Notes: generated from the sequence alone by a model not told the origin. Counted from the first letter of the stretch, positions 1 to 15,112 are shown. The stretch is DNA of 64,000 nt from Octopus sinensis (GCF_006345805.1 NC_043016.1:10292001-10356000); one strand, 5' to 3'. Numbers and translations are program-made.

Positions 1-1356
1 CTAAGAGCTCACGAAGGAGCCTTTACGTGGAAGTATAGGCTGCAATAAATAGCACCCAAATTGTCCTCGTATGATAGACAACCTGACTTCTTTTAAAAGG
101 GGAGCTTTGAACAAAATATCTCTAAGATATTCTGCTTGAAATACAGACGAGATAGTCGCATTTGATCCTGGGTCTGCAGCATTTATGTGTTACTCGGGGT
201 TTAAACCACAACATGAACATCATTAGTAGCAGCAGTAGCAACAACGACTTTTGAACCATTCTCATGATAAATAAATTTTCAATTTTTTTTTGTTTTAGAA
301 TACCCAGAACAATCGTTGTATACTCGTAAAGGTTTGCTGTAATGGTTCGTTTTCGATCAGAACTGGGACAATTTCTTCCAGTTCTGGGACAATTTCTTCC
401 AGTTCTTCACTACTTGGAAGATACAGAATATTTTATCTTGAAAATGTCACATACATTTTTGTCACATATGGCACACCAAATAAATGAGAATTGTAACCAC
501 AGATATTGTTACCCAGAAAATTCAGCATTTCTTTGAAATTTCAAGATCAATAAGACGTTTTTTATGCTACTCTGGAAAAATTCAGAGGAGTTAGCAGTTA
601 ATATGCTTTTAGGTGAAAAGGAGTTAGTTCGTGTGTTGTCAAGTATGTTACACTTTTTAGATCCGCTTCAAAAAAAAAAAAAAAAAAAAAAAACTCTTTG
701 ATACTTTCCTTGGTAGTCAACTTTATTGTGAAAAATGAATCAATACAATTCTTGTAAATAATCAAGATTTATAGGCTAGATATTTCATAATTTGTTCCGC
801 CGTAACTGTCGTGTACGTCACGCGAGAATGCTCTTTCTAGAGTTATATGGATTATGAAATCTCACAAGAAAGACAAAAATTTTGTTGTTGCTGTCATTGT
901 TAGTAATTGTACTTAATTACTTCTTAGACTTCGTTAGCACAAACATTCGATAAACGACATTCCATTTGTGATTGTCTTGTATTTTGAGACATAATTTATG
1001 TCAGAAGGCCATGTTATGCAATAGTATGCTTTAAAAAGAAAGGATAAACTGTAATCTAAAAGAAATTTCGCTGCTACTTCTACCAGGTCAAGCAACCAAA
1101 CAGAGTCATTTTTATTGGTGCCAAATAAATATTTAAGGCTTTGTCTTATGTAAAACGTTTTCTGCTGTTTCTGTTAATATATCTACGTTAAGTTAGATAT
1201 ACAAAATGCTGCTCTGAATCGACAATGCTTCTGTCACTAACAATGAATTTTAACCCAGTCTGTCAGCTATCTGCGAAGCCAGTGTTTTGCTAGTCACTAT
1301 TTTTCTATGTAAGTAGAAGCGAAATTTGTCTAAACATGCAGTTGATAGTGGATACA

Positions 1357-1402
1357 TGCTACCTGATGATGCGCAAAGTCGCAGAAATTAGGATTTAGGT
1401 AT
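1357..1402 (+). ncRNA. Partial hammerhead-like motif
   Basis: CUGAUGA-UGCG[CAAAGU]CGCA-GAAA is intact, but there is no clean stem III or cleavage triplet. Confidence 0.35.
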
Positions 1403-1683
1403 ACCTCTAACGGTGTTGAAAACTTTTCGTCTGCTGCTGAAATATTTGTGCCTTTTAACGATATAAGTTTTTAACGGTAAATGAGAATGATTTGGCTGCT
1501 GTTTCTAAGAAGCCAAGATTACACAAGAAACTTTTTTCAAGACAATACTGACGCTTTGTGGCTTTCTACAGAATATCCATGCATGTTGAGTAAGATGTAT
1601 AGAATGCTATTCTTTCAAGTAATTTTCTTTTGTCTACCAATAATTTATTGGCAACCATAGTTATTGACCACGTTGGTAATTTG

Positions 1684-1729
<46 letters not shown>

Positions 1730-1731
1730 GT

Positions 1732-1787
<56 letters not shown>

Positions 1788-2454
1788 TAACAGACTATCG
1801 TATTCGCTGTTTTCGATGCGTTCTCAGCGAAGAAATTTTGCCATCATGTAACAATTTCTAACATAATTGTTTCCTCTCATCCGTTGCTTGCAGAGTAATT
1901 TCGTTGAAGGCATCACTGCATACCTTATTTTTTTTCTATTATATTTCAATGATCCAAGGAAGGATACACAAGACTGGTTTCCTGTTGTTTTAATGCTGTT
2001 GTCGTTGTTGCTGTTGTTGCTGTCTAAGCTCGGATTCCAGATTAATTCTGATCAACCAGTTCAAGGGGAAAATTATTCCAATCATGACTGCCGTATTTTT
2101 ATATTCTTATCTTCTCTGTCCACTTTTGTTTTTTAACGGTTTGAAGAGAATGATTTGGCTGTTGTTTCCAAGAAGTTGATAAGAAGCTTAGAAATATCCA
2201 TCTTTGCTCATACTTCATTCCTTTTTCTTTTGTTTTGTATTATGAGAGTTTCTTGAATGGCGTATACCGTTCACGAAGCTCTCGGTTTCTTTTCTAACTT
2301 TCTGCAATAAAAATGTATAAACATTGATGTACCAAGTTCTATTTCTTTTGCTTTTTTTTTCAACCAACTTTTTATAATAAAACATTGGTTAAGCATTATG
2401 AGACAAAGAAGACAACAGAATGGACTTTCAAATACAACTTTCATATGTATGTAT

Positions 2455-2499
<45 letters not shown>

Positions 2500-2651
2500 C
2501 ACATATATATATATGGAGAGAGAAAGAGAGAGAGGGGGAGTATCAAACACACTACACACACTAATCACACACACACACACACACACACATATCGTCAGTG
2601 AATCTAAATCCGAAAGTGAAACACACTCTGAGTTATAAGCAACCGGTAAGA

Positions 2652-2935
2652 GACCTAGGGGTAGAGCAAGAATGGAATGGTTGGATAATATCCATAGTCT
2701 TGGTAGGTCATGCTTGGAGTTCCATTTAGAAAGTATAATGACAGTTGCTTCTGATATGACCCTATGGAGGAGGAGATGCCTAAGGACTTTACCAGGAACC
2801 TGGGAAGAGACCTAGGGGTAGACCAAGAATGGAATGGTTGGATAATAGCCATAGGATCAGTTGGTCATTCTTGGGAATCCAAGGGGGAAAATTTAATGAG
2901 GGTTGCTTCTGATAAGATACCTAAGAATTCTACTC
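2652..2935 (+). repeat. ~157-bp minisatellite, about two units
   Basis: GACCTAGGGGTAGA at 2652 and 2809. Confidence 0.8.
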
Positions 2936-3283
2936 CCACAACTACCTCAGTAATAGTGACTGAAGAAGATGGTTGAATGAATGGATGGATACCAAGGATG
3001 TATTGAAAGAGGGCATCGGATGGCCGAATCGATAAACTACTGGAGGCCAGCTAAAAACTCATGATTTGTTGATCATGTCACTGATACTGTTTTGTGTCAC
3101 GGCTAAGATCCAGAACCCTGAAATAAAGCAAAAAAAAAAAATCAAGTTCGTAATTATCAATTATCACCAGAAACACCGATAGAAGCAACGAAACCGCCTA
3201 TATATTGTTGCTTGTAATGAATTATTATTATCACTTTTTGGGATGTTAGGATATCACTCTATGAAGATTTGGTTATTATTTCT

Positions 3284-3687
3284 TATTTCTTTATTGCCCA
3301 CAAGGGTCTAAACACAGAGGAGACAAACTAGGGCATACAAAGGGAATAAGTCGATTACATCTACCCCAGTACGTAACTGGTACTTAATTTACCGACCCCG
3401 AAAGGATGAAAGGTAAAGTCGGCCTCGGCGAAATTTGAACTCAGAACGTAGCGGCAGACGAAATACCTAATTCTTTACTACCCACAAGGGGCTAAACACA
3501 GAGAAGACAGACAAACGGATTAAGTCGATTATATCGACCCCAGTGCGTAATTGGTACTTATTTAATCGACCCCGGAAGGATGAAAGGTAAAGTCGACCTC
3601 GGCGGAATTTGAACTCAGAACGTAGCGGCAGACGCAATACTGCTAAGCATTTCACCCGCGTGCTAACGATTCTGCCAGCACGCCGCC
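3284..3687 (-). mobile_element. SINE family A dimer
   Basis: Two ~185-bp bodies behind one head. Confidence 0.85.
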
Positions 3688-4856
3688 TTTGGCTACTATT
3701 TCTACCATATTGTTCGACTATATAGAGACCTCTCCATTACTTTAATGTCAATCACTAATACAGATCATTAACCATGGTTCTAATACAGACAATGTATTCA
3801 AAATTATTGAAATCATAAAGATTTATACAATGGTCTGTCTTGGTTACTCTTAATTTTCTATAGGAAACTTCAGGTGTTTTTTTTTATCTTTTAGCATTAT
3901 AATCCTATTCACGTCTACGATGCTACATAGTAAGTGAAAAGCAAAATTAAACTACTGTCTTGATTCCTAGGATTCGCAGAGAACCAGTGACCTAGTTTGC
4001 ATGGCGCATAAGTGAGTGAGATCACAATATTTCACCTGGATAGTACACCAGTCCCTCACAGGGTTATTCATTTACAACTTAGTGAACTGGAGAAGCGGTT
4101 TTTGCTCACGACAACAATGCGCTGCTCGATCTGGGAGTCGAAACCACGGTCTTGCGATCGTGAACGCAACACCTTGACCACCAGGCCAGGCCAGGCACCT
4201 TCACGTTGTCACTTAACATGTTACAAATAGCTGCAAAATATATACCTCTTAAATCACACGAAATTAGTCTTCTGAAGACTGAAGGACATCGAGATGAATG
4301 TAGTCCAAGATGTAGGGTCTGAAAATGGAAGCGGGATTGCCATAAAGGGAACAAGGTTGATCATCGGTCTGTACGACCAGGGGTTGACCTGAAACTGGAC
4401 TAAATAATTGACAACGGCACGAAAGCAACAACATCAACGAAACACCAGCACCACCAGCACCACTAGCACCATCACCCTCACCACTATCTTCACTACCACC
4501 GAGATAGAAAGAACTTATCACAGTATGTTTTGGTAGGCATGGAAAATTCACTCATATTTCGTTAACCATTCAGCCACCCATCCTTCTATGTAAGTATACG
4601 TCCGTCTACGCCCGTCTATGTGTCTGTCTGTCTGCCTGCCTGTTTGTGTGTCTGGCTGTGTGTCTGGCTGTCTGTCTGACTATCTAGCTAATCTGCCGAT
4701 CCGTTTGTCTATCTATCTGTCTGTCTGTCTGTTTAACTGTCCGTCCGTCCGTCCATCCGTCTGTCGTCTGTCGTATGTCGTCTGTCGTCTGTCTGTCTAT
4801 GTATGTATGTATGTATGTAGTATGTATGTATGTATGTATGTATCCATCCATCCATC

Positions 4857-4929
<73 letters not shown>

Positions 4930-4962
4930 CCTACCTACCTACCTACCTATCTACCTACTTAC

Positions 4963-5068
<106 letters not shown>

Positions 5069-5649
5069 ATCTATCTACGTACACATACATATATACACGC
5101 TTTAAATCTCATTTCTTCATCAAGTAAGCTTCTCGTAAAATCTAACTTACAAATAGGAAAAAGAAAACCAATGAAAACAAAAAAACAAAAACCAAACAAA
5201 AAAAACTTACAGTCTGTCAATGAATCCGTTATTTCTTATTCAATATATTCGGCATTTAGTCTTAAACGTTGAGAGTAGAACTTAACGAAAGAAATTAAAA
5301 CACTTCGACATGATTTATCGACTTCAAATATAGTCATAGCAATAAAAGTTTCATAACCAACTTACTGAAAAAGCTATCTACGTTCCTCAGACGTTTGATT
5401 TTATTTGTTTTTAGTTTTATTATTGGTTAAGTAATATTAATAATATAACATCAAGAACCAATATCTTCTTCTTCTTCTTCTTCTTGTGCTAGTGCTTGTT
5501 CTTGTTCGCTGCTTAACGGTGTAGAAAATTACTTCATCGTAGTTTTTACTGTTTGATATTTTCCTCACTTATGTTGACATGAAAGACTTGAGAAAAAAAT
5601 TTGTTACAAACAATGATTTTTATAGCTGTTCTTTGCCGTTGATATACAC

Positions 5650-5815
5650 GCCGTCATCGTCGTAGTTGTTGTTGTGGTTGTTGGTGTTATTATTGTTGAT
5701 ATCGTTGCTGTTGCTGCTGTTGTTATTGTTATCATCATCCTCATCATCAACATCATCATCATCATCATCACCACCCCACCACCCCCCCACCACCACCATC
5801 ATCATCATCACCACC

Positions 5816-5861
<46 letters not shown>

Positions 5862-5897
5862 CCACCACCACCATCACCATCATCATCCTCACATCAC

Positions 5898-5929
<32 letters not shown>

Positions 5930-6030
5930 CCATCATCATCATCACACCATCATCATCATCACCACCACCACGACCACCACGACCACGACGACGACGACAC
6001 CCACCACCATCATTATCTTCATCATCATCG

Positions 6031-6070
<40 letters not shown>

Positions 6071-6072
6071 TT
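5650..6072. repeat. (CAT)n/(CAC)n/(GTT)n trinucleotide complex
   Basis: Directly visible; source of spurious poly-His/Ile ORFs. Confidence 0.9.
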
Positions 6073-6635
6073 TTCATGCCATCAAAGTGATACTGGGGTA
6101 AAAATATACGAAGCTCAGTACCACCCATCATGACGACTACCGTCTGATAAGGGTACATTAAGCAATGCATTACAACCATATGCGCGTGACATGGTGATCT
6201 CATATCAAGGTAAACAGCTTGCAGGTGGGGGCCCAGTTAGAATTTTCTTCACGTCGAGTAGCCCATCTCGCACGAAAGGTCTTTGAATAAGGTTTGTTTA
6301 TGGATGTTGAAAGAACCGCCCCTGTTTCCAGAGGTGAATTATCCAAACCTCTAAGAATTCCTTTCAACACAGGGCTACGTATAATAATCAGATGCACATG
6401 TCGTCAGCCACTAAGGGACATGGTCAACTGGTTAAGGTCAAACAACTGACAAGACAAACAATGTACATGATAACACTTCCAATCAGTTAAGATCAGAAGT
6501 CATGAGAGCCACTGCCTGGTACTGCATCAGGGCTAGGGTTAGGGTTATCCTCCTCATCATCATTATCATCATTATCATCATCATCATCATCATCATCACC
6601 ATCATCTTCATCATCATCATCATCATTTTTATTAA

Positions 6636-7210
6636 GGCGGCGAGCTGGTAGAAAATGTTAGCACGCCTGCCGCTACGTTCTGAGTTCAAATTCCGCCGAG
6701 GTCGACTTTGCCTTTCATCCTTTCGGGGTCGATAAATTAAGTACCAGTTACGCACAGGGGTCGATGTAATCGACTTAATCCGTGTGTCTGTCGTTGTTTG
6801 TCCCTTCTGTGTTTAGCCCTTTGTGGGTAGTAAAGAAATAGGTATTTCGTCTGCCGCTACGTTCTGAGTTCATATTACGACGAGGTCAACTTTGCCTTTC
6901 ATCCTTTCGGGGTCGATTAAATAAGTACCAGTTACGCACTGGGGTCGATGTAATCGACTTAATCCGTTTGTCTGTCCTTGTTTGTCCCCCTCTGTTTTAT
7001 CCCCTTGTGGGTAGTAAAGAAATAGGTATTTCGTCTGCCGTACGTTCTGAGTTCAAATTCCGCCGAGTCGACTTTGCCTTTCATCCTTTCGGGGTCGATT
7101 AAATAAGTAAGTACAGTGTTACGCACTGGGGTCGATGTAATCCTACTTAATCCTTTGTTTGTCCTTGCTTGTCCCCTTTTGTTTAACCCCTTGTGGGCAG
7201 TAAAGAAATA
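6636..7210 (+). mobile_element. SINE family A trimer
   Basis: Junction GTAAAGAAATA|GGTATTTCGTCTGCCG at 6840 and ~7024. Confidence 0.88.
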
Positions 7211-7442
7211 AGAAAGGACACTTTGCACAATGTAACTTTAGATAATACACAGACGCGACAGTCATGTTTAGAATGTCTTTCATCATAAATCTTCGTGGCT
7301 TTGACGTGGAAATAAACAGCAACAATAACGGCGACGATACAACGACAGCTAATTATTAGTTAGAATTAATTAGTTACAGTAATAAATACGACAGTATCAA
7401 CTACTACAACCGTTTCCTTTACTACATTTAACGTCAGTTTTA

Positions 7443-7850
7443 GTGGAGGCGCAATGGCCCAGTGGTTAGGGCAACGGACTCGCGGTCATAGGATCGTGGT
7501 TTCGATTCCCAGACCGGGCGTTGTGAGTGTTTATTGAGCGAAAAACACCTAAAGCTCCACGAGGCTCCGGCACGGACGGTGGTGATCCCGCTGTACTCTG
7601 CTGTACTCTTTCACACACACTTTCTCTCACTCTACTTCCTGTTTCTGTTGTCTGTACCTTTATTTCAAAGGGCCAGCCTTGTTCACTCTCTGTGTCACGC
7701 TGAATATCCCCGAGAACTACGTTAAGGGTACACGTGTCTGTGGAGTGCTCAGCCACTTGCACGTTAATTCCACGAGCAAGCTGTTCCGTTGATCGTATCA
7801 GCTGGACCCTCCTCGTCGCAACCGACGGAGTGCTCCTTTTTTTACCTTTA
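7443..7850 (+). mobile_element. tRNA-derived SINE (distinct family)
   Basis: A box TGGCCCAGTGG, B-box-like GTTTCGATTCCC; a decayed 3' part recurs at ~23170-23310. Confidence 0.8.
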
Positions 7851-8405
7851 ATGTCAGTTTTATGGAAGCAAGTTATTGTGACTTTTACAAGGAAGCGTAG
7901 TCTGCAAAATGTGTACCTCTCACATATGAACTGTGTTGTCACAGTGAGAGAGCGCATAATATTGGTTTTGAGTTAACATAGTAAACACGCTTCGTTCAAA
8001 CAAAGTCCACAACTTCTTCAAGTTTTTCTTCCTTTTTTTCCTGTGTTTGATAATTATTCTCAACTTTACCCAACAGAAAAGTTTCTTTTTTTCTGCTTTG
8101 TTTCTTCTTTTATATATATAATCGTTGCCTTTCCAAAGAATATTTTCCATTTCAGTTAAATGTTTTCTTTACAGCTAAATACACATTCATTGGAAGAGAT
8201 ATTCCAGTTATTCTTTTGCAGAACACAGACAGTCCAAAACTAATTCATCGTGTTTGAAGTGGCGAGCTGGTATAATCGTTAGCACGATAACAAAAAGCTT
8301 TGCATCATTTTCTTCTCTCTTTACGTTCTGATTTGATTTTCCGATGAGGTTGACTTTGCCTTTTATCTTTTCGGAGTCGATAGAATAAGCACTAGCCAAG
8401 AAGGG

Positions 8406-8441
<36 letters not shown>

Positions 8442-8619
8442 GTTGTGTTTGTTGTTGTTGTTGTTTTGTTGTTGTTGTTTGTTGTTGTTGTTTTGTTGTG
8501 TTGTTTTGTTGTTGTTGTTGTTGTTGTTGTTGTTATTATTATTATTTTATTATTATTATTATTATTATTATATTTTAAAAAGTAAACAGACAGACGAAAG
8601 ATGCGATGCGATTGCAATA

Positions 8620-10130
8620 GATATTTTTACATTGGTTGAACGCTATTTCGACAGCAAGCCTGTCTTTGTCGAGTTCAAAATAAAAAGTGATAAAAATTCA
8701 AAATTGTAGAAATTCAAACCTAAAGTATGGACGAGAGCAACTAGCGTCCACACGTTGACGGAATGACATCATCAGTCTTTAAGCTTCAATTTTATAACTG
8801 GTGGAAAGAAAAAGACAGAAATAACTCAGAAAAAAAAGAAAGAAAAAGGAAAGAGAAAAGAAGAATATTTAATCAAACAGTTTTGTATAAATTTGATGAA
8901 ATTCTCCTGTCATTTTATCCAATCCTCCAGTGCGTGATGTTAATAACCCACAAACATATTTCTCCTCTTGCATTTTGAGTATGGAAAGTGAAGCAGATTC
9001 AGAATATTTTCTGAGAATATGCATTTTCAAGTCTTCTTCAAAATTGCAGCCGTTTGAAACGAAATGCTCGGCAAGTTCTGTCAAACTACTGTTATTGTGC
9101 CTGACGTCATATCTGTGCCCATTAAACCTTTTGTTTAATTGTTCCGTTGTACAACCAACACGTATCAGGTTGTGTTTCGTACATTCTGCCATGAACACTA
9201 AATGGGGATCTCTACATCTCCTATCTTCTGTATAAATCATAACATTTCTGCTATGATTCCTGATGGAATTCACTTGACCTATGTTATTGCACAATGAACA
9301 GTGTTTGCCTCTCTTGCGGCTGCTTTTTCAAAATACAGCGAACAGATACTCCAATTTTAGTTTTCTTGGAGTCAGATATAGAGGTCAATAATTTTCTTAT
9401 GTTCTTATATCGTCTAAAGGCTACAATAGGCGGCTGACGAAATATCTGTTTGAAACGAGGACATTTTTCCGTAACACGCTGATAAATTTCATGCAACACT
9501 TTCGAAATGCCAGCGAAATTTCGGTGCCATTTAATCACTAAAGGAATCCTGTCATATATTACACTGTGTTTGCTAAAAGTATGCGTGATGGTTTGACTAT
9601 CTTTGCTAATCTTAGCTATTTCATTTGCTATTTCCTTTAATCGTGATTCACTGTAACCGCGTTTGACATAATGATATACAAAAGTATTTGCGTGTTTCCA
9701 GTAATCCCCTATGTCAGTACAAATGCGTTTTATCCTCAAAAATTGGGATTTCGGATTTGACCGAATAAGATGATGTGGATGATCGGAGCGGCGGTGGAGA
9801 TAAATGTGGGATGACGTGGGCTTGCAAAATAACTCTGTCACTATTCGGCCTCCAGAAAACTTAACGCTTGCGTCCAAAACTTCAACGCAAGAAATTGTGG
9901 AAAGGAGAGCGGAAAGTATCTTCAAACGACATACTCCGTTTGAATGCTTACAACAGAATAAACTATGCACCAAAAATATTTAAAAGCCCCTACTTGTGAT
10001 GTCAGATAGGACAACAGATGAAGTTGATTGGTTTGACATGACCCAAGGTTTCCATGGCAGGTACTGAATTTTGAATGCCATAAAAAATGCTGCATTGTAT
10101 CTCGACTGGAATGTTAGACCGCGACTTTAT
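8620..10130 (-). mobile_element. 5'-truncated, decayed Penelope-like element (RT C-terminus + GIY-YIG endonuclease + 3' UTR with hammerhead fold)
   Basis: ORF 9284-9973: KPTSSHIYLHRRSDHP...SQFLRIKRIC (PLE RT thumb). ORF 8869-9294: VGCTTEQLNKRFNGHR...LAEHF...EEKYV (GIY-YIG). The two ORFs are joined by a frameshift. Confidence 0.85.
8636..8678 (-). ncRNA. Minimal type I hammerhead-like fold, variant core UCGACAA, in the PLE 3' UTR
   Basis: UUGAAC-UCGACAA-A-GACAG[GCUUG]CUGUC-GAAA-UAGC-GUUCAA: 6-bp stem I, 5-bp stem II. Position 16.1 is G instead of U. Confidence 0.6.
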
Positions 10131-11494
10131 TTGTCGACCCCGAATTCTTAATATGGTGCATCTCAGTCATAATATTGATTGAGTAAATGAGTACAATACT
10201 AATATTTAAGTAGAAAAAGAAAACTTATAATCGATTATCATATCGACCGATAATTTGTTTTATCGATTCCGGAAAGACAAAAGGCGAAGGTGTATTTGAA
10301 GGGATTTGAACTCGGAACGTTACGAACCGTAACTGAGTAACGGAAGGACGCCTTTTCTTCCCACTATGCTATAACGATTCACTCAATCCACTGCCCCAGT
10401 CTCCATCAAAATATTTTTAAAGAACCGCTGCCACTGCCGCCGCCGTCGAGGATTGAACGGGTAGGGTGCTTCTAATCATCAAACGAGAGGTCGGAAGTTC
10501 GAATAATGCTGCCGGTGCTACGTCCATTTCGTGACCAAGAAATTAAACTCTTAAATGCCTGAGCTTCATTTCTCCGCAACCACACACACAGGTATCAACA
10601 GATAGGAACAACTCACTGCTGTTGTTGATGTTGTTGTTGTTGCTATTGTTGTTCAGCCTGAGGTCAGCTCCGATCGAGTAGATCTATAATCAAAGGTATT
10701 ATCGTACCAGGCTATGTCTACCGTGTCCTTATAGTGTAATGTTAGATTGCGTTATCTAATGAGTTCTCTCCTTCCTTAAGACTGTAGAATGATTTGACTA
10801 ACGGTTTGGTAGTGTTTCTTTTACTAGCAGACTGGACGACCACACAGGGACGAATTCGATTTTTCAACAGGGTTGGTTAATGACCCTATTGATTAGATGC
10901 TTCTGATCATGAATAAGTAACATATTTCATTCGATTTACTGACGATGCATCGATCGATTCCTTAGGAAAACAAAAAGAAAAATAAACGATAATAATAGCG
11001 CATATAAAACTGTAAACAATATATATATTTTTCCGATTACACAGATTTGATCTAAATATCATAGACCATTTCATAAAAGCATTGATTTCCATTCAGTTCA
11101 GTATTCAGACTTAGAAATCATTTTCATTTTTCGATTCTGACTTCAGGTAAAGGAAAATTTTCATTCGATTTCTTTTCACAATCACAAGGACAATTTAGCA
11201 AGCTAGGGCAGAAAGAAACTCGATCAAATTGATTTCATTGTATATATATATGTATATATATATTTATATATATATATGGACAGCAGGGTAGTATGCAAGT
11301 ATGACTGTGTATATTACACACACATATAACAAAATAGTAGAGTAGGTTCATAGATTATTTAATTACATCATTTTATACGTGTTTCGTTGAACATAATAGT
11401 CGAATTATAGCAATCCAGGCGAGGTAACACAGTCGGTATGAATCTCTTACGAAGCGAAAAGACACTTCGAGCAGTTTCTCTGCGGTTAAATATT

Positions 11495-12040
11495 TATTTC
11501 TTTATTGTCCACAGGAGGCGAAACAAGGACAGGAAAAAGGATTCAATCGATTACATCGACCCCTGTGCGTACTGGTACTTATTTAATTGACCCCGAAAAG
11601 AAGAAAGGCAAAGTCAACCTCGGCGAAATTTGAACGTAGAACGTAACGGCAGACGAAATACCTAAGGGGCTAAACACAGAGAGGACAAACAAGGACAGAG
11701 AAACGGATTAAGTCGATTATATCGACCCTAGTGCGTAACTGGTACTTATTTAATCGAACCCGAAAAGAAGAAAGGCAAAGTCGACCTCGGCGGAATTTGA
11801 AATCAGAACGTAGCGGTAGACGAAATACCTATTTCTTTACTACCCACAAGGGGCTAAACACAAAGAGGACAAACAAGGACAGACAAACGAATTAAGTCGA
11901 TTATATCGACCCCAGTGCGTAACTGGTACTTATTTAATCGACCCCGAAAGGCAAAGTCGACCTCGGTGGAATTTGAACTCAGAACGAAATACCGCTAAGA
12001 ATTTCGGCCGACGTGCTAACGATTCTGCCAGCTCGCCGCC
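11495..12040 (-). mobile_element. SINE family A trimer
   Basis: Three bodies; same junction at ~11830. Confidence 0.85.
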
Positions 12041-13091
12041 ATTCTGAGTCTAGCTATTACAACTAGTATCATTTTGCACTTGTAATACACATTTTATATA
12101 TCATACACTGTTATTTTAATTTAATAGTGTTTCAAGAGCATGTATTAATTTATGTAACTGTTATTTGACTGTGGGAACATTTTTATAAACAAACATGGAA
12201 GCGTCGAGTGAATTGACATATTTTTAGAAATTAAAACAATTTCGAACGCAGAGAATAGCTGTGAAAAAAGCTTTTAGAAAATCGGGTAAAAGTACTTCTG
12301 TAGATGACCACTTTTTTTTCCGTCAATAAGGGGTATTTTACCAGATTTTTCTGAAGCCGTTTTCACAGGTTTTCTCCTGCGTTCGAATTTTTTCTTAATT
12401 TCTTCAAATATTTGGATTTGGTTATCTGACTATTATTTTAGTGTTGAGAATTAAACCAATATTTTTCTTTTTATATTGAGTTTTAGAGACTTCGTCAGCG
12501 GGCATTTTCAAACCTACACTCGTTATTGCAGTGACTAAATTCGGGCTAAATTTCGCCCACTGTCAAGGAGTTCCCCATTTTCCTCCATTTAAAAATTTTC
12601 CCTTCGGGGTATTCCGAAACCTGGATCACTCATCGTAGATTATGTCCCAAGGGGCATGTTGTTGTTATATATATATAATGTATTGAGTATTAAAGGAAGT
12701 AGTGAGTACTTAGTATGAAAGATTAAGAAAATGAGAGAGACTGAAAAAACGTGTTAACGATACGAGATACTTTATTAGACTGCCGTTGTTGTACAAGGTA
12801 TTTGTTGTGGCGGGAAACTTACTGAATGTCCTTGTATCAAGGGAGACAATGGGCAACGTTGATTGTTCATGTTTGTTGTGATGATTACATAACAGGCATA
12901 TTAGATAATGTAGTCCTTTAAAAAGGCAGTGAATTGGGAAGGAACGTTACAAAGTCGAACGGAAGGCCTAGCGGTATTCATTTCGACTCGTTATGCTTTG
13001 AGTTCAAATCTCACCGCGATCAATTTTATCCTTTTTATGATTTCGGAATCGATAAATATAGTACCGGTTTATAATCAGAGCTTGATTATAA

Positions 13092-13243
13092 TAGCTGTGT
13101 GGTAAGTAGCTTGCTTACGAACCACATGGTTCCAGGTTCAGTCTCACTGCGTGGCACCTTGGGCAAGTATCTTCTACTATAGCCTCGGGCCGACCAAAGC
13201 CTTGTGAGTAGATTTGGTAGACGGAAACTGAAAGAAACCCGTC

Positions 13244-13291
<48 letters not shown>

Positions 13292-13527
13292 GTATATATA
13301 TGTGTGTATAATGTGTTTGTTTGTGTTTGTCCCCTCCCTCCAACATCGCTTGACAACCGATGCTAGTGTGTTTACGTCCCTGTAACTTAGCGGTTCGGCA
13401 AAAGAGACCGATAGAATAAGTACTGGACTTACAAAGAATGAGTCCTGGGTTCGATTTGCTCGACTAAAGGCGGTGTTCCAGCATGGCCGCAGTCAAAATG
13501 ACTGAAACAAGTAAAAGAGTAAAAAGA
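13092..13527 (+). mobile_element. SINE family B, full length
   Basis: Same architecture as 38932-39348, with CpGs retained. Confidence 0.85.
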
Positions 13528-14814
13528 GAGAGTAAGAGCAGAGTATCCAAAATTATCCGAAATATCATGTTCTTTAGAAATGGATTTTTATTTTGTTGAT
13601 GCTGATCACGATGACCATTTTCCTTGGATGATGTCACATCGTCCCTTTTCTTCTTTTTCTTTTCTTTTCGTTTCTTTTCTTTTTTTCGCTTTTTAACTAC
13701 AAATTTTAATCCTTAAATATTCTCAAGAAATCCATTAAATATATTAATTAAATTCCACATTTCAAAACAGACAAAAAAATCTTTTTAAAATATTCAAAAT
13801 GTTCTTTGCAAATTTCGGTTTTATTTCAACAATCTTTAAGATAGAATTAAACGAATGAAAAAAAAAAAAAAAAAATCAGAAGGTAAAAAAAAAGAAAAAC
13901 ATACGTTAATATTACCAAGAAAAATATAGATTGAATGAAATAAAGCATACTTGCTGTGTAATTATAAATTTATTTAAAAAACAAATTGCATACCCATATT
14001 AACCCATACACGCACATACATCATATACACAACCGCACAGATATTGATTAAAATGTTAAATTTTCAATGTGTTTCTTTGCACTTCAATTAGACACGTGCG
14101 CTCTCTCACACACACACACACACACTCACAAATACACATACACACACTCACACACACACACACACACACACACCACACACACATACACTCATGCACATAT
14201 ACATTCATGCAGACATTTTAAGCTTGGCACACAGCAGTACGGCCAGCACTACCACCATCGCCACCTTTGTCTCCATCATGGCAGTTTCTACCGCAATCAA
14301 CATCTCCTCAGCCCCCCACCCCCCGCCACTCACCACCATCAACAACAGCCGCAGAGGCAGGAGCAGCAGCAGCAGCAGCAGTGATACCATCAGCGTCATT
14401 ATCCTAACCATCACTCCGAATCTTATCGCTACGAATTCATCGCCCACTCAACTATTCAACGGTCATACACCTATGTAAACACTCATTAAATACATACATA
14501 TACACACCTACATACACACATACATACATACATACATACATACATACATAATCATCATACATACATACATACATACATACACACATACATACATACATCA
14601 TACATACATACATACATAATACATACATACATACATACATACATACTACATACCTACATACATACATACATACATACATACATACATACATACATACACA
14701 CATACATACATACATACATACATACATACATACACACACACATACATACATACATACATACATACATACATACATACATACACACACACATACATACATA
14801 CATACATACATACA

Positions 14815-14846
<32 letters not shown>

Positions 14847-15112
14847 CATACACACACACACACATACATACATACATACATACATACATACACACATACA
14901 TACATACATACATACATACATACATACATACACACGGACATACATACATACATACATACGTGCAAGAATACATACAAACATGCATACACATACATACATT
15001 TACACATACGTATATACATATATATACATACAATATATATATACATACAAACATCCACACATTTTATAAATGCATATAAACATACATAAATACAAGTATG
15101 AATATAAACATA

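Noticed and set aside
362-404. 22-bp tandem duplication
   Set aside because: Trivial local slippage.
6534-6547. Interstitial telomeric TTAGGG
   Set aside because: Only about two units, compatible with chance.
7443-7520. tRNA gene
   Set aside because: A and B boxes are present but there is no cloverleaf, and it continues into a SINE body; the same holds for other SINE heads.
8769-8775. CTGATGA on - in the PLE 3' UTR
   Set aside because: No paired stem II followed by GAAA; the better fold is at 8636-8678.
9436-9460. CTGACGA...GAAAC hammerhead-like match on +
   Set aside because: No stem II or III, and it is antisense to PLE coding sequence; coincidental.
12470-12505. CTGACGA on - with a 3-bp stem
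   Set aside because: GAAA is absent.
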